A stretch of 64,000 bases of DNA. It comes from an uncultured Pelagibacteraceae bacterium (GTDB taxonomy: Bacteria; Pseudomonadota; Alphaproteobacteria; Pelagibacterales; Pelagibacteraceae). Below, one piece after another: positions 19,643 to 28,671 of this stretch (its first letter is position 1; every line of letters begins with the position of its first letter). Location: the NCBI GenBank assembly GCA_902594335.1, contig CACJLY010000006.1, positions 35,183-99,182 of the forward strand. The letters are read 5' to 3'. The notes under the pieces were generated by a model that saw only the letters and a list, made by a program, of their open reading frames with translations, was not told where the DNA came from and made no database searches. The position numbers were made by a program, and so were the translations under genes.

Positions 19643-21088
19643 TTAATTTTTTTTAAATTTTTTAAAGGAGAAGTTTCTTGGTCTTTTTCTATTCTTAAAT
19701 TTTTTCTTAAATTTAAATTTTTTTCTAATATCAGGATTATCACCTTGATCTTTTAAGTTATCAGTATGAAATTTTTTAAATTTTTTATTTTTAAACTTAA
19801 AATTCTTTTTTTTATCAAATTCACTATCACTGTTGTTTGGCTTATCTGAATAAAACTTTTTAAATTTATTGCTTTTAAACTTAAATTTTCTTTTGTTATC
19901 CCGCCTATCGTATCTATTCCCGCTATCTTTTAATGATTTGCCTCTTTTTTTAAATTTTTTATTTTTTTTGTTAGATTTTCTATTAAAACTTTCCTCAAAT
20001 TTAAAATTTGGATTTATTAATTTCTGAATTTCTCTCCACATAGTACGATCATTATTTGTTAAGAAGGTAAGTGCTGATCCTTCTTTTCCTGCTCTACCTG
20101 TTCTACCAACTCTATGAATATAATCCTCAGGTACTTGTGGTAGATCATAATTTATTACATGTTGGATTAATGGAATATCTAATCCTCTTGCAGCAACGTC
20201 AGTTGCAACTAGAATTCTACTTTTGCCAGATCTGAAACCTCTAATAACTCTGTCTCTTTTACTTTGTCTTAGATTTCCATGAATTGCTTCTGCTGAATGA
20301 GCATCATATTTTAATCTTTTTACAATTTTATCTGCACCATGTTTTGTTTTAACAAAAACTAATATTGAACCTTGTCTCTCAACTAATTGATTGATTAATT
20401 CATGATATTTTTTATCTGGAGATATTTGAAAAGTTTCTTGTTTAATTTTTTCTATTGGAGTTGAAACTGATCCAACTGAAATTCTTTCTGGTTTTCTTAA
20501 ATATTTTTCAGAAATTTTTATTATATTATTTGGCAAAGTGGCTGAAAATAATAATGTTTGATGTTCTTTTGGGATAAATTTTAAAATTATTTCAATTTGA
20601 GGGGTAAACCCCATATCAAGCATTCTATCAGTTTCATCTAAAACTAAGTAATTAACTCTTGTTAAATTTAAGCTTTTTCTTTTTAAGTGATCGTTAATTC
20701 TGCCTGGTGTTCCAACAATTATTCGAGCTCTTTTATTCAGCTGTCTTAGTTGTTTTTGCATACTTTCTCCACCAATTAAAAGAGCATTACCAATTCTTAT
20801 ATCTCCTAAAGTGAGTTTAGATATCGTGCCCATTACCTGGCTAGCTAATTCTCTCGTTGGGCATATGATTAAAGCCATTGCATTTTTATTGATGATCAAT
20901 TTATTTATTAATGGAATTGTAAATGCTAAAGTTTTACCAGTTCCAGTTTGTGCAGTTCCAAGCACATCTTTTCCTTCAAGCGCAATGGGAATTGCTTGAG
21001 ATTGAATTGGTGTAGGTGTGATAAAATTTGAATATTTAATTGAATTCTTTAGTTTATTTTCTATTTCTAATTCATTAAAGTTTTTCAT
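19643..21088 (-). CDS. DEAD-box RNA helicase with Lys/Phe-rich C-terminal tail
   Basis: AQTGTGKT, PTRELA, TPGR, DETD (DEAD variant), SAT, HRVGRTGR; start placed at ATG 21088 (MKNFNEL) instead of 21139. Confidence 0.9.
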   Translation of the reverse strand: MKNFNELEIENKLKNSIKYSNFITPTPIQSQAIPIALEGKDVLGTAQTGTGKTLAFTIPLINKLIINKNAMALIICPTRELASQVMGTISKLTLGDIRIGNALLIGGESMQKQLRQLNKRARIIVGTPGRINDHLKRKSLNLTRVNYLVLDETDRMLDMGFTPQIEIILKFIPKEHQTLLFSATLPNNIIKISEKYLRKPERISVGSVSTPIEKIKQETFQISPDKKYHELINQLVERQGSILVFVKTKHGADKIVKRLKYDAHSAEAIHGNLRQSKRDRVIRGFRSGKSRILVATDVAARGLDIPLIQHVINYDLPQVPEDYIHRVGRTGRAGKEGSALTFLTNNDRTMWREIQKLINPNFKFEESFNRKSNKKNKKFKKRGKSLKDSGNRYDRRDNKRKFKFKSNKFKKFYSDKPNNSDSEFDKKKNFKFKNKKFKKFHTDNLKDQGDNPDIRKKFKFKKKFKNRKRPRNFSFKKFKKN

Positions 21089-21243
21089 GGTTGATTCTTT
21101 TAAAGATATACGGAAAATGCATATATGTTCTAATACCAATTACAATAAATCATTTATTTAAGTCTTTAGAATGCTTATAATTGACATAAACTGGACACTT
21201 TGAAACTTGTAAGAAACCAATATAGTTAATATAAATAGCTTAT

Positions 21244-22353
21244 ATGCTCTCTTTTATACTACCATTTATAGTGCTGATTTTAGTAGTTGTTTTCATACAT
21301 GAATATGGCCATTATTTTTTTGCAAAAAAATACGGAGTTGGTGTAACAGATTTTTCAATAGGTTTTGGTAGAGAATTGATTGGTTGGAATGATAAATCAG
21401 GCACAAGATGGAAAATTTGCTGGATACCTCTTGGAGGTTATGTAAAATTTTTTGGTGATAGAAATGTATTTTCTCAAGCCGATCAAGAAGAATTGTTAAA
21501 AAAATATAACAAAGAGGATCAAGAAAAACTCTTTGTAACAAAACCATTATATCAAAGATCTTTAATTGTAGCGGGTGGGCCAATAGCAAATTTCGTTTTA
21601 GCAATATTCATTTTTTTATTCATATATATGTTTGCTGGAAAAGACTTTACACCTGCAGTTATTGACGAAGTCCAAAAAGATAGTCCAGCAGAAATAGCGG
21701 GGATGCAAAAAAATGATGTGATACTTGAAATAGATAACAATAAAGTTGAGAGTATTCTTGATGTTTCTAAACTGATATTAATGTCAACATCTGAGATAGT
21801 TGATTTCAAAATTTCTAGATATGATCAAGAGATATTATTAAAGGTTAAACCTAAAATTGTTGCAGGCGTTGATAATTTAGGAAATAAAATTAATAAAAGA
21901 ATAGTTGGTATTAAACTAAGTCCATATAACAATGAAATAAATCATAAACGATTAGGGCCAGCAAATGCATTAATAGAGTCTGTTAAAGAAGTATATTTTG
22001 TAACTACCTCATCTCTTAAATATATGGGGTCAATGCTTACTGGATCGGGAGATAGTTCCCAGTTAGGTGGACCAATTAGAATAGCAAAAATTTCAGGACA
22101 AGTGGCTGAATTCGGAATATTGCCATTTATTAGTATGATGGCATATATATCAATAAGTTTAGGCTTAATTAACCTATTTCCAATCCCGCTTTTAGATGGG
22201 GGTCATTTAATGTTTTATGCGTTTGAAAAGGTTTTAGGGAAGCCATTAAGTCAAAAAACACAGGAAGGTTTTTTTCGAATCGGAATGTTTTTATTGTTAA
22301 CTTTAATGTTTTTTGCAACATTCAATGACCTTAAAGATTTAGGCTTATTTTAA
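21244..22353 (+). CDS. rseP: RIP metalloprotease RseP
   Basis: HEYGH zinc motif, PLGGYV, PDZ region, NLFPIPLLDGG. Confidence 0.95.
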   Translation: MLSFILPFIVLILVVVFIHEYGHYFFAKKYGVGVTDFSIGFGRELIGWNDKSGTRWKICWIPLGGYVKFFGDRNVFSQADQEELLKKYNKEDQEKLFVTKPLYQRSLIVAGGPIANFVLAIFIFLFIYMFAGKDFTPAVIDEVQKDSPAEIAGMQKNDVILEIDNNKVESILDVSKLILMSTSEIVDFKISRYDQEILLKVKPKIVAGVDNLGNKINKRIVGIKLSPYNNEINHKRLGPANALIESVKEVYFVTTSSLKYMGSMLTGSGDSSQLGGPIRIAKISGQVAEFGILPFISMMAYISISLGLINLFPIPLLDGGHLMFYAFEKVLGKPLSQKTQEGFFRIGMFLLLTLMFFATFNDLKDLGLF

Positions 22354-22504
22354 AGGGATTTTCTAACGTTAAAAAAGCTATATAAATCAATACTTATTTA
22401 AAACTATATGTTGTGGTAAATTTAATTAGAGACACAAAAAAAAAGCTTGAATTATCAACGATTTTGTTAAGTATATAAATATAACCTTTAAAACCGGAGC
22501 TAAA

Positions 22505-22780
22505 ATGAACAAAAAACAACTTATAGCAAAATTAGCAGGGTCATTGAATCAAAGTAAAGCTGATGCTGAGCGTACATTTGATACGATTACCAACACTATT
22601 TTGGACGCTTTAAAAGGCGACGATAATGTTAAAATTGCTGGTTTTGGAACATATAAAGTGGCTAAAAGAAAAGCTCGAATTGGTCGAAATCCAAGAACTG
22701 GAGAACAAATCCAAATCGCTGCTTCTCAAAAGGTGAAGTTTTTACCTGCAAAAGCACTTAAAGAAGTTTTCAATAAATAA
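22505..22780 (+). CDS. hupA: HU DNA-binding protein
   Basis: MNKKQLI, GFGTY, GRNPRTG; RBS GGAG. Confidence 0.93.
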   Translation: MNKKQLIAKLAGSLNQSKADAERTFDTITNTILDALKGDDNVKIAGFGTYKVAKRKARIGRNPRTGEQIQIAASQKVKFLPAKALKEVFNK

Positions 22781-22787
22781 ACTTTTT

Positions 22788-22833
22788 AAAACAGCCTTTA
22801 TTAAAAATTAGAATTTGATAAAGGCTGTTTTTT
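22788..22833 (+). terminator. Intrinsic terminator after HU gene
   Basis: aaaacagcctttat ... ataaaggctgtttt inverted repeat ending in a T-tract. Confidence 0.8.
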
Positions 22834-22947
22834 CATGCAAGCATATGGTGTACTACATGCAAATACTGCATATCTCTTTTAAATAACAATCAATAGTTTT
22901 TAGTTTTATTAAATCTATAACAACCTCTTTAATTAAACGGAGGTGAA

Positions 22948-24249
22948 ATGGTTAAACTTTTAAAAAAACTGGCTGGTCCATTAGTAAGTTTATTTTTCTT
23001 ACTAAATATGACTAGTGCAGGTTATGCTGAAACTACAGTTTCAGCTGAAGTTGGTTTCATATTCAATACATTTCTTTTCTTGGTTTGTGGTTTCTTAGTA
23101 ATGTTCATGGCAGCAGGTTTTGCCATGCTCGAATCAGGGATGGTAACATCAAAAAGTGTATCAGTAATATGTGCCAAAAATATCGGATTATTTTCAATAG
23201 CTGGAATTATGTTCTGGATGGTTGGATATAATTTAGCATACGGAATTCCAGAAGGTGGATACATTGGAAGCTTTACTCCATGGTCTGATGCAAGTTCAGT
23301 GGATACTGGATATGCAGATGGATCTGATTGGTATTTCCAAATGGTTTTCTGTGCAACGACAGTTTCAATTGTATCTGGAACATTAGCTGAAAGAATTAAA
23401 TTATGGCCGTTCTTTTTATTTGCGGCTATTCTATCAGGAATTATCTATCCAATCGTTATGGGTTGGCAGTGGGGAGGTGGCTGGTTAGCAGCTGCTGGTT
23501 TCTCCGACTTTGCTGGCTCTACACTTGTTCACTCAACTGGAGGTGCAGCAGCATTAGCTGGAGCAATTCTTTTAGGAGCTAGAACTGGTAGATTTGATAA
23601 ATCCGGAGCAGCTAAACCTATGAAGCCATTTGCAGCGTCATCTGTACCATTAGTTACAGTTGGTGTATTTATTTTATGGCTAGGTTGGTTCGGATTTAAT
23701 GGTGGATCACAATTAGCAATGGGAACATTTGATGATGCAGTAGCAGTTTCAAATATTTTCATTAATACAAACTTAGCAGCCTGTGGTGGTGTATTAGCAG
23801 CTGGTGCAATAACAAGATTAATGTCGGGTAAAACTGATGTTATTCAAATGCTTAACGGAGCAATTGGTGGTCTTGTTGCAATTACAGCTGAACCATTAAT
23901 GCCTTCACCGCTAGCAGCAATTCTTATAGGTGCGATCGGTGGAATAATAGTTGTCTTCGGAACTAAATTATTATTCTCACTAAAAATCGATGATGTAGTA
24001 GGTGCAGTACCTGCTCACTTGTTCGCTGGAATTTGGGGAACTTTAGCAGTTCCGCTAACTAACGGTGATGCATCATTCGGAGCGCAGCTTCTAGGAGTAA
24101 TTTCAATCAATGCATTTGTATTCGTAGTATCTCTAATAGTATGGGGAATTATGAAGAGTACAATGGGTATAAGATTGAGTAAAGAAGCAGAAAGACTTGG
24201 TACAGATGTTACAGAGTCTGGAGTAATCGCATACGCAATAAGAGACTAA
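22948..24249 (+). CDS. amtB: Ammonium transporter
   Basis: GFAMLE, DFAGSTLVH, WFGFNGGS, DDVVGAVPAH; RBS GGAGGTG. Confidence 0.96.
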   Translation: MVKLLKKLAGPLVSLFFLLNMTSAGYAETTVSAEVGFIFNTFLFLVCGFLVMFMAAGFAMLESGMVTSKSVSVICAKNIGLFSIAGIMFWMVGYNLAYGIPEGGYIGSFTPWSDASSVDTGYADGSDWYFQMVFCATTVSIVSGTLAERIKLWPFFLFAAILSGIIYPIVMGWQWGGGWLAAAGFSDFAGSTLVHSTGGAAALAGAILLGARTGRFDKSGAAKPMKPFAASSVPLVTVGVFILWLGWFGFNGGSQLAMGTFDDAVAVSNIFINTNLAACGGVLAAGAITRLMSGKTDVIQMLNGAIGGLVAITAEPLMPSPLAAILIGAIGGIIVVFGTKLLFSLKIDDVVGAVPAHLFAGIWGTLAVPLTNGDASFGAQLLGVISINAFVFVVSLIVWGIMKSTMGIRLSKEAERLGTDVTESGVIAYAIRD

Positions 24250-24279
24250 AGAATAACTATCTCTCTCTCTATAGTTGAT

Positions 24280-24309
24280 AAAAGGCCCCTTAACTGGGGC
24301 CTTTTTTTT
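24280..24309. terminator. Bidirectional intrinsic terminator between amtB and bcp
   Basis: aaaaggcccc-ttaact-ggggcctttttttt. Confidence 0.88.
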
Positions 24310-24751
24310 AGTAATTTTTTATGAAATCTAAAACTTCTGCAGCATGACCCGCTGCCTTAACATTTCGCCATTCTTTAATGATGTTATTTTTCTCAATAAT
24401 AAAAGTACTTCTTACTGTACCCATAAATTCTCGACCCATAAATTTCTTTTTGGCCCAAGCTTTGTAAGCTTTTAAAGAAGTTTTATCCTCGTCTGCTAAT
24501 AGTTCGAATTTCAAGTTAAGTTTTTTACTCCATTTTTCATGACTTTCTAAACTATCTTTTGATATTCCAAAAATTGTGCATCCAAGTTTCTCAAATTTAC
24601 TTAAAAGTTTATTAAAATCATTTGTTTCAATTGTACATCCACTTGTATTATCTTTCGGATAGAAATAGATGATGATAAATTTGGATTTTACTTTACTTAA
24701 TTCAACAGTTTTACCTGAGGTAGATGATAATTTAAAATTTGGAGCTTTCAT
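24308..24751 (-). CDS. bcp: Peroxiredoxin BCP/PrxQ
   Basis: YFYPKDNTSGCT, GISKD, VRSTF. Confidence 0.9.
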   Translation of the reverse strand: MKAPNFKLSSTSGKTVELSKVKSKFIIIYFYPKDNTSGCTIETNDFNKLLSKFEKLGCTIFGISKDSLESHEKWSKKLNLKFELLADEDKTSLKAYKAWAKKKFMGREFMGTVRSTFIIEKNNIIKEWRNVKAAGHAAEVLDFIKNY

Positions 24752-24809
24752 TTAATAACCTTTTTTTAATTTATATAGTAATATTTTTAATTTAGTGTAA
24801 TAAACATTT

Positions 24810-25196
24810 ATGACAATTAAATCAGCATCAACTTTAGTCGCAGAAGCTTTAAAGGAAATTAAAACAATATCACCTGAGGAAGCTCTAGAAAAATTAAATA
24901 ATAATACATGTAATCTTATCGATATCAGGGATGTAAGAGAATTAGAAAGATTAGGAAGAATAGAAAAGTCTTCTCACATACCAAGAGGAATGCTGGAATT
25001 TTGGATGGATCCAGATAGTCAATATTTTAAAGACGGTAAAATCGATATGAATAAGGAAATGGTACTTTTTTGTGCTGGCGGTCTAAGGTCAGCATTAGCA
25101 ACAAAAACTTTACAAAGTATGGGTTTTAAAAATATTTGCCATGTAGATGGTGGTTTTGGATCAATGCAAAATTCAGGTTTTAAAGTAGTAAAGTAA
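24810..25196 (+). CDS. Rhodanese-like sulfurtransferase
   Basis: IDIRD, HIPRGMLEF, CAGGLRS active-site loop. Confidence 0.88.
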   Translation: MTIKSASTLVAEALKEIKTISPEEALEKLNNNTCNLIDIRDVRELERLGRIEKSSHIPRGMLEFWMDPDSQYFKDGKIDMNKEMVLFCAGGLRSALATKTLQSMGFKNICHVDGGFGSMQNSGFKVVK

Positions 25197-25204
25197 TTTA
25201 GCTT

Positions 25205-25678
25205 TTAATCTAACAAATTAATTCTTTTAGCGTAGAACATTCTTATTATCCAATAAATAACTAAACCTAAGGGACCAATAAAATAAGTTATTATTATTGG
25301 AATGAAGACTATGTATCTAGACATAAATAATTTTTGACTATCTTTCATTATCCACGCTCCACAAAATAAGTTTATTGCTAAAAAGTGTGTCCAAAACATT
25401 ATCAAAAATGCTTCAGCTTCAAAAAGATTTCTCAAGTCATACAGCCCAAGGTACAACGTAAAATTATAATCAAAATCATATCCCGAAATGTAGAAATAAT
25501 AACCTAGATAAACATAGACAGCAGTTAAAATAAAAAATGGGAACACAGAAGTAACCAATAATCCACAAATCTTTGACTGTGGAAAAATAATCAGAATTAA
25601 CCAGAAGGGTATTACACCTATATTTAACCACAAATAAATCATCTCAATGGTAAAAAAAGCTGCTATTTGTTCAATCAT
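25205..25678 (-). CDS. ABA4-like (DUF4281) membrane protein
   Basis: WTHFLAINLFCG and GPLGLVIY motifs, about 4 TM segments. Confidence 0.75.
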   Translation of the reverse strand: MIEQIAAFFTIEMIYLWLNIGVIPFWLILIIFPQSKICGLLVTSVFPFFILTAVYVYLGYYFYISGYDFDYNFTLYLGLYDLRNLFEAEAFLIMFWTHFLAINLFCGAWIMKDSQKLFMSRYIVFIPIIITYFIGPLGLVIYWIIRMFYAKRINLLD

Positions 25679-25707
25679 ATTATTTTTATATTATATTAAA
25701 TAAAACA

Positions 25708-26271
25708 ATGATTCCCATAAAAAATAAAAAAAAGACTTTAGAAGTAACCGTTGATGAGATGACGAATTTTGCACTCAATTATGTAGAAAAATTTGCACCA
25801 TCTAAACAACAATTAAGAACTTATTTATTAAAAAAATATCTATCATCAAGGACCCCTAATATAAAAAAAAACGACGTTTCTAATCTTATAGATATTGTTC
25901 TTGAGGATTTAGAGAAATCAAAGTTTATAAACGATAAGTTTTATTCAGAGTCTAAAGCAAAAAGTTTAATACAAAGAGGATCATCTATAAACAAAATAAG
26001 AAATTACTTAATTAATAAAGGTGTGGGTGAAAAATATATTAAAAATACAATTGAACAAATAAAAGATAAGAACGAAGATCAGGATTTTTTTTCAGCAATA
26101 AAAATCTGTAAAAAGAAAAGAATTGGACCATCAAGACAAGAGGATAATAGACCTTTGTTTTATAAAAAGGATATAGGAGTATTAGCTCGTTCAGGTTTTG
26201 ATTTTGAAGTTTCAAGAAGAGTTATGGATCTTGAAAAAGATGAATATTTAAAAATAATTAATCTTCTTTAG
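25708..26271 (+). CDS. recX: RecX family regulator
   Basis: ALNYV, FINDKFY, LARSGF helical-repeat signature. Confidence 0.75.
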   Translation: MIPIKNKKKTLEVTVDEMTNFALNYVEKFAPSKQQLRTYLLKKYLSSRTPNIKKNDVSNLIDIVLEDLEKSKFINDKFYSESKAKSLIQRGSSINKIRNYLINKGVGEKYIKNTIEQIKDKNEDQDFFSAIKICKKKRIGPSRQEDNRPLFYKKDIGVLARSGFDFEVSRRVMDLEKDEYLKIINLL

Positions 26272-26404
26272 TTTTTTTATTTTTTTCTTCTAAATAGTAT
26301 TGAATTTTATTTCTTATAAAGTTTTTAACTATCACAAATACAATTAAACCAAATATTGATACAGATACAATTATAATTAAAATTATTCTTAATTGTTCGC
26401 TCAT
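26258..26404 (-). CDS. 48-aa single-TM microprotein (not in supplied ORF track)
   Basis: MSEQLRIILIIIVSVSIFGLIVFVIVKNFIRNKIQYYLEEKNKKTKED; ATG overlaps the cysQ stop (TAATG). Confidence 0.55.
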   Translation of the reverse strand: MSEQLRIILIIIVSVSIFGLIVFVIVKNFIRNKIQYYLEEKNKKTKED

Positions 26405-27177
26405 TATAAATTTTTATTTCTCTTTAAAATTATACTTGGATTTTTAAAATCTTTTTTGCCATACGTAATTTCATTGCCATTAAAATCTGTTACTATTCCA
26501 CCTGCGTTTTCAAGTATAGCATGCCCTGCAGCAATATCCCATTCGCAAGCTCTTGGCTCAGCAACATATCCATCAAATTCTCCTGTAGCTATTACACAAA
26601 ATTTAAGTGAACTTTTCATTCGAACGTGTTCTGTTACTCTTAAATCTTTATGTATTTTTTCAATTTCAGGTTTAAGTTTATTTGAATATGAAACTACTTT
26701 TACTGAACCTTTAGGAGAAATTTTCTTACAGTCTAACTTTATAGTTTTGTTTGAAGTAAATTCATATGATTGATCTTTTCCAAAACTATAAAACATCCTT
26801 TTTTTTGCAGGAACATTAATTAAACCGGCAATAGCTTTTCCATTTAATATTAATCCAGCATTAATAGTGAATTCCTCACCATCATTTATATAGTCGTATG
26901 TTCCGTCAATTGGATCAACTAACCAGAAGTTTTTTAAGTTATTTTTTGATTTATTGTGTGAAGTTTCCTCAGAAACAATTGGTATATCTGGCGTCAACTC
27001 TAACAATTTTTTTGTGATAATTTTATTTACCTCAAGATCTCCATTGCTTACAGGGGTATTGTCAGATTTAATCTCTTTATTCAAACCTTTCTCTCTTAGT
27101 TTAATAGACAATTCACCAGCCATTAAAAAAGTGTCAATTAAATCTTCGACAACACTCCTTATTTTACTTTCATCCAT
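26404..27177 (-). CDS. cysQ: 3'(2'),5'-bisphosphate nucleotidase
   Basis: KSDNTPVS, VSEE, LVDPIDGT, EWDIAAG; start placed at ATG 27177. Confidence 0.88.
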   Translation of the reverse strand: MDESKIRSVVEDLIDTFLMAGELSIKLREKGLNKEIKSDNTPVSNGDLEVNKIITKKLLELTPDIPIVSEETSHNKSKNNLKNFWLVDPIDGTYDYINDGEEFTINAGLILNGKAIAGLINVPAKKRMFYSFGKDQSYEFTSNKTIKLDCKKISPKGSVKVVSYSNKLKPEIEKIHKDLRVTEHVRMKSSLKFCVIATGEFDGYVAEPRACEWDIAAGHAILENAGGIVTDFNGNEITYGKKDFKNPSIILKRNKNL

Positions 27178-27346
27178 TATTATCAATTCTCTCGAGTTCT
27201 ATATTATTTGCATTTATTACTTTTTTTCCTACATTTTGGAAATTAACAGTTACTTTGTCGTTGATAATTGACTGAACTTGACCAACACCCCAACTTTTAT
27301 TTGCTGGATTAATAACTTTGTCACCTGGTTCAAAATCTAAAATCAT
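27170..27346 (-). CDS. DUF3553-like small protein (not in supplied ORF track)
   Basis: 58 aa [58 protein letters not shown]; WGxGQVQS..VTVNF..GK pattern; overlaps the cysQ start. Confidence 0.8.
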   Translation of the reverse strand: MILDFEPGDKVINPANKSWGVGQVQSIINDKVTVNFQNVGKKVINANNIELERIDNNG

Positions 27347-27387
27347 TTAATTTAACTTATAATGGAAATAAGTATAAATACCATCAA

Positions 27388-28506
27388 ATGAATTTAGAAA
27401 CTAACTCATTAGGATTTAATAAAAAACCGTCAGAAACTACAGTGGTGGTAGCCATGTCTGGAGGCGTAGACTCTTCAACAGTTGCTGGGATGATGAAGCA
27501 AGAGGGTTATAATGTAATTGGAATTACTTTAAAACTTTACAATGATGGCAAAGAAGTTGCTGCTTCAAAACAATGCTGTTCTGGTCAAGATATAATGGAT
27601 GCAAAAAGAGTCGCTCATAAATTAGATATTGAACACAAGATTTTATATTACCAAGATAAGTTTAAACAAGGTGTTATCGATAACTTCGTTGAAAGTTATT
27701 TGAAGGGAGAAACACCGATACCATGTGTACAATGCAATCAAACAGTAAAATTTAAAGATTTGTTTGAATTTTCTAAAGATTTAAATGCAGATGCACTAAT
27801 TACTGGTCATTATGTAAAAAGTTTAACAGAGAACAATTTAACTAATATGTATAGAGCTATTGATGAAAACAGAGATCAAAGTTATTTTTTATTTAATACA
27901 ACAAGAGAACAATTAAATTATATAAGATTTCCATTAGGTGGTTTACTTAAAGACAAAACAAGAGAAATAGCCAAAAACTTAAATTTAAATGTTGCAGATA
28001 AGCCGGATAGCCAAGATATTTGTTTTGTTCCAAATGGAGATTATGCATCGGTAATTAAAAAGTTTAAACCAGAGTCATACAAAAAAGGAAATATAAAAAA
28101 TTTGGATGGTAAAGTGGTTGGAGTGCACGATGGAATAGTTAATTTTACTATTGGACAAAGAAAAGGTATTAAAGTTTCAAACGAAGAGCCATTTTACGTA
28201 ATAAAAATTGATGCTAATAAAAATGAAATATTTATTGGCCCGAAAGAAGAATTATCAAAAACAAGTATTAATTTAAGAGATTTAAATTTATTAGTTGAAA
28301 GAGAAGAGTTTAGTGAGAATATTTTAGTAAAAGTTAGATCTACTGGAAAACTTTTAGATGCAAAAATACATATTCAAAATGAAAATTCTGCAAATGTTGA
28401 TTTATTAAATCCAGAATATGGTATTTCACCTGGTCAAGCTTGTGTATTTTACAAGAAAGACCAATTTGGTCATAAAGTTTTAGGTGGTGGTTGGATTAAA
28501 GATTAA
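27388..28506 (+). CDS. mnmA: tRNA 2-thiouridine(34) synthase
   Basis: [42 protein letters not shown]. Confidence 0.96.
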   Translation: MNLETNSLGFNKKPSETTVVVAMSGGVDSSTVAGMMKQEGYNVIGITLKLYNDGKEVAASKQCCSGQDIMDAKRVAHKLDIEHKILYYQDKFKQGVIDNFVESYLKGETPIPCVQCNQTVKFKDLFEFSKDLNADALITGHYVKSLTENNLTNMYRAIDENRDQSYFLFNTTREQLNYIRFPLGGLLKDKTREIAKNLNLNVADKPDSQDICFVPNGDYASVIKKFKPESYKKGNIKNLDGKVVGVHDGIVNFTIGQRKGIKVSNEEPFYVIKIDANKNEIFIGPKEELSKTSINLRDLNLLVEREEFSENILVKVRSTGKLLDAKIHIQNENSANVDLLNPEYGISPGQACVFYKKDQFGHKVLGGGWIKD

Positions 28507-28512
28507 AAATTT

Positions 28513-28596
28513 CTATTTCTTTTTATTTTTTTTTCTAGCTCTTCTCTTTTTTGAGCCCATTTTTCTTCGGCCTCTGTGCTTTTTCGGGTATCCCAT
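28513..28596 (-). CDS. 27-aa highly basic microprotein (not in supplied ORF track)
   Basis: MGYPKKHRGRRKMGSKKRRARKKNKKK; AAGGAG RBS at 28600-28605; fills the mnmA-metC gap. Confidence 0.65.
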   Translation of the reverse strand: MGYPKKHRGRRKMGSKKRRARKKNKKK

Positions 28597-28671
28597 AATC
28601 TCCTTAATTTTACTATTTTATTGACTTATTTGGTGGATATAGCATTGTCCTAACTACATATCAAATTTTTT

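Noticed and set aside
21089-21139. Longer TTG-initiated N-terminus of the helicase given by the ORF track
   Set aside because: The extension precedes the Q-motif region and looks non-coding; ATG 21088 gives a typical start.
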